NCBI GenBank assembly: GCA_963797095.1
Contig: CAWCNY010000001.1
Span: 512,001 to 576,000 of the forward strand
Length of the DNA: 64,000 nucleotides
DNA from: an uncultured Chloroflexia bacterium
Lineage (GTDB): Bacteria > Chloroflexota > Chloroflexia > QHBQ01 > JADMIH01
Direction of reading: 5' to 3'
The translations under genes were made by a program, and so were the position numbers. A model generated the notes under the pieces. That model worked only from the letters and a program-made list of their open reading frames with translations, was not told the DNA's origin and did not search any database. Shown here one piece after another: positions 60,816 through 64,000 of the stretch (the first letter of the stretch is position 1; every line of letters starts with the position of its first letter).

Positions 60816-61330
60816 GTTGTTCCAAATGTCGACTAGAAGTCATGTCCGTGATGTCCCCACTAGACTTGCGATTTCCGTGTGGCCCCCTTTTCGATTATCA
60901 AATGGCTCCCTTTTTAATTATCAATATTTTCGTCGGGGAGGAGAAGTGGCTCCCTTTTTGGTTATCAAATGGCTCCCTTTTCTATTGACAAAAACACTCC
61001 CTTCGGACGCCCGCCTTTCCTGCCTCTAGCTCGTGCCGCGTGGAGGCCTGCATTCGTTCTTTCGCGGATGAGATCGCGTTCGAACTCTGCCAGAGAAGCA
61101 AAGATGTGGAAGATAAGGTTGCCGGCTGAGGTCGTGGTGTCAATCTGCTCCTGCAAACTCTTGAAGCCGACCCTTCGGGTGCTCAGGTCGCGCACGGTCT
61201 CTACTAGGTGTGGAAGTGAGCGTCCCGTGATTACCGCAGGAAGTTGTGGGCAGGGCAACTGACATGAGTGGAATATGCTTGCTAGTTCTGAGAATTAGGG
61301 ATTCTCGTTACTTAGCTTTCTATGGCTGGG

Positions 61331-61597
61331 TTGGCAAACGAAGAGTACCACAAGTCGCTCAAGCAGAACGCCTCTCTTGAGAAGTCTCCAACCCGCACCG
61401 TGCTGACGCAGACCAATCACTTCTTCTGTGCGCTGTGTGCCTTCGTGAAGCTGGAGTGGCTCAAGATGGACACTAATCTCAACCATTTTGCATTGCGCAC
61501 CCGCCTCTACTTGTCGGCTCTGAAGAGTGTCTTTCATCAGTTACAAACCCTGTCACCTGTGGCTCTAGGTGGCTCCGCCCTGGCTGCGTAACATGAG
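61331..61597 (+). pseudogene. IS701-like transposase C-terminal fragment and element end
   Basis: EEYHKSLKQNASLEKSPTRT..TQTNHFF; ends in TGCGTAACATGAG. Confidence 0.7.
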
Positions 61598-61974
61598 TCC
61601 TGAAGTTACACGCCACCTGCGTGGCGTGTTTCGCATACCCAATTACAGCAACGGCAGCACAAAAATACGTGTATCCATGGGCCTATGTGGGTGTATACAC
61701 GCATGGCAGCCGGGCTGTTTTGCTCTATATACATTGCACGGGTGGTTCGCCGGACGTTGGGGGCTTCCGCACCTGACACCCGGCGGACCACCCAGATAGC
61801 AGGGCGGCAGTCCAACACAGAGTCCGCACGCACCTGACCAATCCCGCCACCCGCCCTGCAGGAGAGCAAGAGCAGATAAGCAGTGTGTGAAGGAGGTCGA
61901 ACAATGATAAGCAACACTGGTAACGAAGCCGCCGTAACGAGATCGCTGTCCATATTCTTTACAGGAGGAGAGAC

Positions 61975-62445
61975 ATGAAAACCAACCGGCACCTCAAGAA
62001 TGCCCCACTCATAGCTAGCCTGGTCGTGATGCTCCCGATATTCGCCCCCTCGAGCGCGACACCGGACGTGGGCCTGGTGCCGGTTGCGCAGGCCGCCTCC
62101 CTGTCCGCGGCGCCGGTCGTCTACTGGAGCCGCGAGGCCGGGCGCGCCATCGTGCCGCCTGGTCCCGGAGGCGTATTCGGCCCGAACAACTACGGGAACA
62201 AAACCCCCGCCGAGGCAGCCGTCTACATGGGGATCGTCCACGTAGCAATCTACGATGCCGCATTGGCATTCGAGGGCGGCTACCAGCCATATGCGATCGC
62301 GCTTAGCGCGCCGCCGGGTGCGTCCGCGGAGGCTGCCATCGCCACTGCGACGCACAACGTACTCATCGGTCTGCAGCCCGAGCTTGGCCTGTCGCCTTCC
62401 CAGCAGGCGATCCTCGATGGGCACTACGCCGACTACCTGGGGTAA
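61975..62445 (+). pseudogene. Secreted vanadium-haloperoxidase/PAP2-like protein, N-terminal fragment truncated by a Tn3 end
   Basis: AGGAGG RBS, signal peptide, VVYW, MGIVHVAIYDA, ASAEAAIATATHNVL. The stop codon falls inside the GGGG end at 62439. Confidence 0.7.
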
Positions 62446-64000
62446 ACCCAACAATGCTGCATTTTGACGCAATGTAACGGGTCGAAAGCGGGTATGTCCA
62501 AAGAGGTATTCGGTTCCCTTCTCCGTTTTGGAGTTGGAACTTATGCACATTTTCACTTTGTCGAGTCTGTGCCCGTGCCTGAGGAACGGCTGGCTCACGC
62601 CTGATTTGTGCTCACTCGCTCAAGAAGATATACTCGGCGGTACCGGCGAAGCGAACAGGAAGTGCCGTCACCATGTCTTCTGGGAACTTCTCTGCAAACT
62701 GCTTGCCGCACCTCAAGTCTGAGAGTGAAACCTGATGAAGCGCAACTGGACTACCGAAGAACTGGTCGAGCACTGGACCCTGTTGCCCAAGGAACTGGAG
62801 TTGATGGGTAACAAAACCGGCCCCACACGCCTCGGCTTCGCCGTTCTGCTCAAGTTCTTCCAATTAGAAGCTCGCTTTCCCCAAGCCAAGAACGAAATCC
62901 CTCGCCTGGTCGTTAGCTATGTTGCCAAACAGGTGAGCGTGGAAGCCGACGAATACCTGCGCTACGACTGGCGTGGCCGCATGATTAGCAATCACCGCGT
63001 GCAAATCCGCGACTTCTTTGGCTTTCGTGAGGCCTTGCGAGCGGATACAGAGGAGGTGAGTGATTGGCTTTGCAATTATGTACTCGCTCAGGACCAGGAT
63101 ATTGAACACCTCAAGGAACTGGTCTATGCTCGCTTCCGGCAGTTGCACATCGAGCCTCCTGCGCCTGATCCCATTATGCGCCTAATCCGCTCGGCTTTCC
63201 ACACCTATGAGGAGCGCCTGTTCGTAGACATCTCCGGGCGCTTGTCCGTAACTACCAAGCAGAGTCTCCAGAAGTTGTTGCATGTGACCACCTCTAGGTC
63301 TATGTCAGCAAGTATGAGTAGTGTGAGTGTTGAAGCAGCAAACAGCGTAAACAGTTCCAATTACAACGAGCTTGACGACCGCCCCTTCTGGCTGGAGTTG
63401 CGGCATGACCCTGGCCGACCAAGCCTCGAAAGCGCACTGACCGAGATAGGTAAGCTAGCTCGACTACGTGAATTGGATTTACCGGCCAGCCTGTTTGCCG
63501 GGCTTTCTCCGAAAGTGCTGACCGGCTATCGCCAGCGTGCTGTCGCCGAAGAACTGTACGAACTACGCCGCCACCCCGACAACATTCGCTACACGCTGGT
63601 TGCCGCCTACTGCTATCTGCGCCGACAGGAGATCACAGACAACCTGGTGGAACTGCTCATAGATATTGTACATGCTATTGGAGCGCGGGCTGAGAAGAAG
63701 GTTACCCAGCAGTTTGTGGCCGAGTTGCGTAAGGTCGAGGGTAAGAACGCCATGTTCGGCCAATTGGCCGGTGCATTGGTTGCCAATCCAGACGGCTTGG
63801 TCAAAGAAGTCGCCTTCCCTGTAGTAAGTGAGGAAACCCTGCGCCATGTATCTGAGGAGTACAAAGCGAGCCGCACCTATCAACAGGAGGTCCATCTGCG
63901 TATGCGCTCCTCATACAGCCACCACTACCGCCGTATGGTGCCTCGTATCCTGGAGGTGCTAGAGTTCCACTCCAATAACAATGTGCATCGACCGCTGGTC
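62439..64000 (+). mobile_element. Second Tn3-family element (left end), continuing beyond the window
   Basis: GGGGTAAACCCAACAATGCTGCATTTTGACGCAATGTAA, a Tn3-like end, lies about 300 bp upstream of a transposase gene. Confidence 0.7.
62735..64000 (+). CDS. tnpA: Tn3-family transposase, N-terminal part (DUF4158), incomplete
   Basis: Not in the track because there is no stop. MKRNWTTEELVEHWTLLPKELELMGNKTGPTRLGFAVLLKFFQLEARFP, later RYTLVAAY..EITDNLVELL and MRSSYSHHYRRM. Confidence 0.9.
   Translation, partial: MKRNWTTEELVEHWTLLPKELELMGNKTGPTRLGFAVLLKFFQLEARFPQAKNEIPRLVVSYVAKQVSVEADEYLRYDWRGRMISNHRVQIRDFFGFREALRADTEEVSDWLCNYVLAQDQDIEHLKELVYARFRQLHIEPPAPDPIMRLIRSAFHTYEERLFVDISGRLSVTTKQSLQKLLHVTTSRSMSASMSSVSVEAANSVNSSNYNELDDRPFWLELRHDPGRPSLESALTEIGKLARLRELDLPASLFAGLSPKVLTGYRQRAVAEELYELRRHPDNIRYTLVAAYCYLRRQEITDNLVELLIDIVHAIGARAEKKVTQQFVAELRKVEGKNAMFGQLAGALVANPDGLVKEVAFPVVSEETLRHVSEEYKASRTYQQEVHLRMRSSYSHHYRRMVPRILEVLEFHSNNNVHRPLV

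Larger units (their letters stand above)
56905..60996 (+). mobile_element. IS21-family element with passenger genes (about 4.1 kb)
   Basis: TG...CA ends with repeated AAAAGGGAGCCA(T/C)T motifs; 6-bp target duplication CTCCCT at 56899-56904 and 60997-61002. Confidence 0.93.
56753..61226 (-). pseudogene. Serine resolvase split by an IS21 element (fragments 60997-61226 and 56753-56904), N-terminus missing
   Basis: GRSLPHL...FASLAEFERDLIRERT...GRKGGRPKG continues on the far side of the IS as GDQKKQKAALALKKDGSYSIREICEIVGISRNTYYKY (HTH). Confidence 0.88.

Noticed and set aside
60870-60990. Repeated TGGCTCCCTTTT motifs as a CRISPR or iteron array
   Set aside because: They are the inverse of the motifs at 56920-56970 and are explained as IS21 terminal transposase-binding repeats.
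61606-62598. 330-aa minus-strand ORF
   Set aside because: It overlaps the haloperoxidase-like fragment on the opposite strand, crosses a Tn3 end and has no recognisable motifs.

Overview
This is a 64-kb accessory region, probably from a Chloroflexota bacterium (inferred from the style of the surface protein and the mobile elements). No rRNA, tRNA or CRISPR array was recognised. The centre (about 20.1-56.5 kb) is a large anti-invader island. It holds sbcD-sbcC, an McrBC-type pair with an unusual Cys-rich N-terminus, and an SspABCD-type DNA phosphorothioation operon. In place of a recognisable SspE, that operon continues into a translationally coupled SF2 helicase + MORC/GHKL ATPase + PLD nuclease trio, which is the best candidate for an undescribed system. 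Next come an XRE + ImmA/IrrE-like regulatory pair with divergent promoters driving DUF2188 and YjzC-like small genes. The island ends with a 9-gene operon: NERD-kinase, kinase, a TerY-P triad, a Upf1-like helicase, a wHTH-HEPN effector, a coiled-coil McrB and a DUF2357 McrC, together resembling a type III CoCoNuT. Both flanks are nested mobile elements (ISKra4-like, IS481-like integrase, IS630, Tn3, IS66, IS21 with passenger genes, IS701). They include an IS-mediated inversion, a tyrosine recombinase with its likely recombination site, and an orphan RHS toxin tip followed by a WD40 lipoprotein. All family calls come from motifs read by eye; no searches were run.
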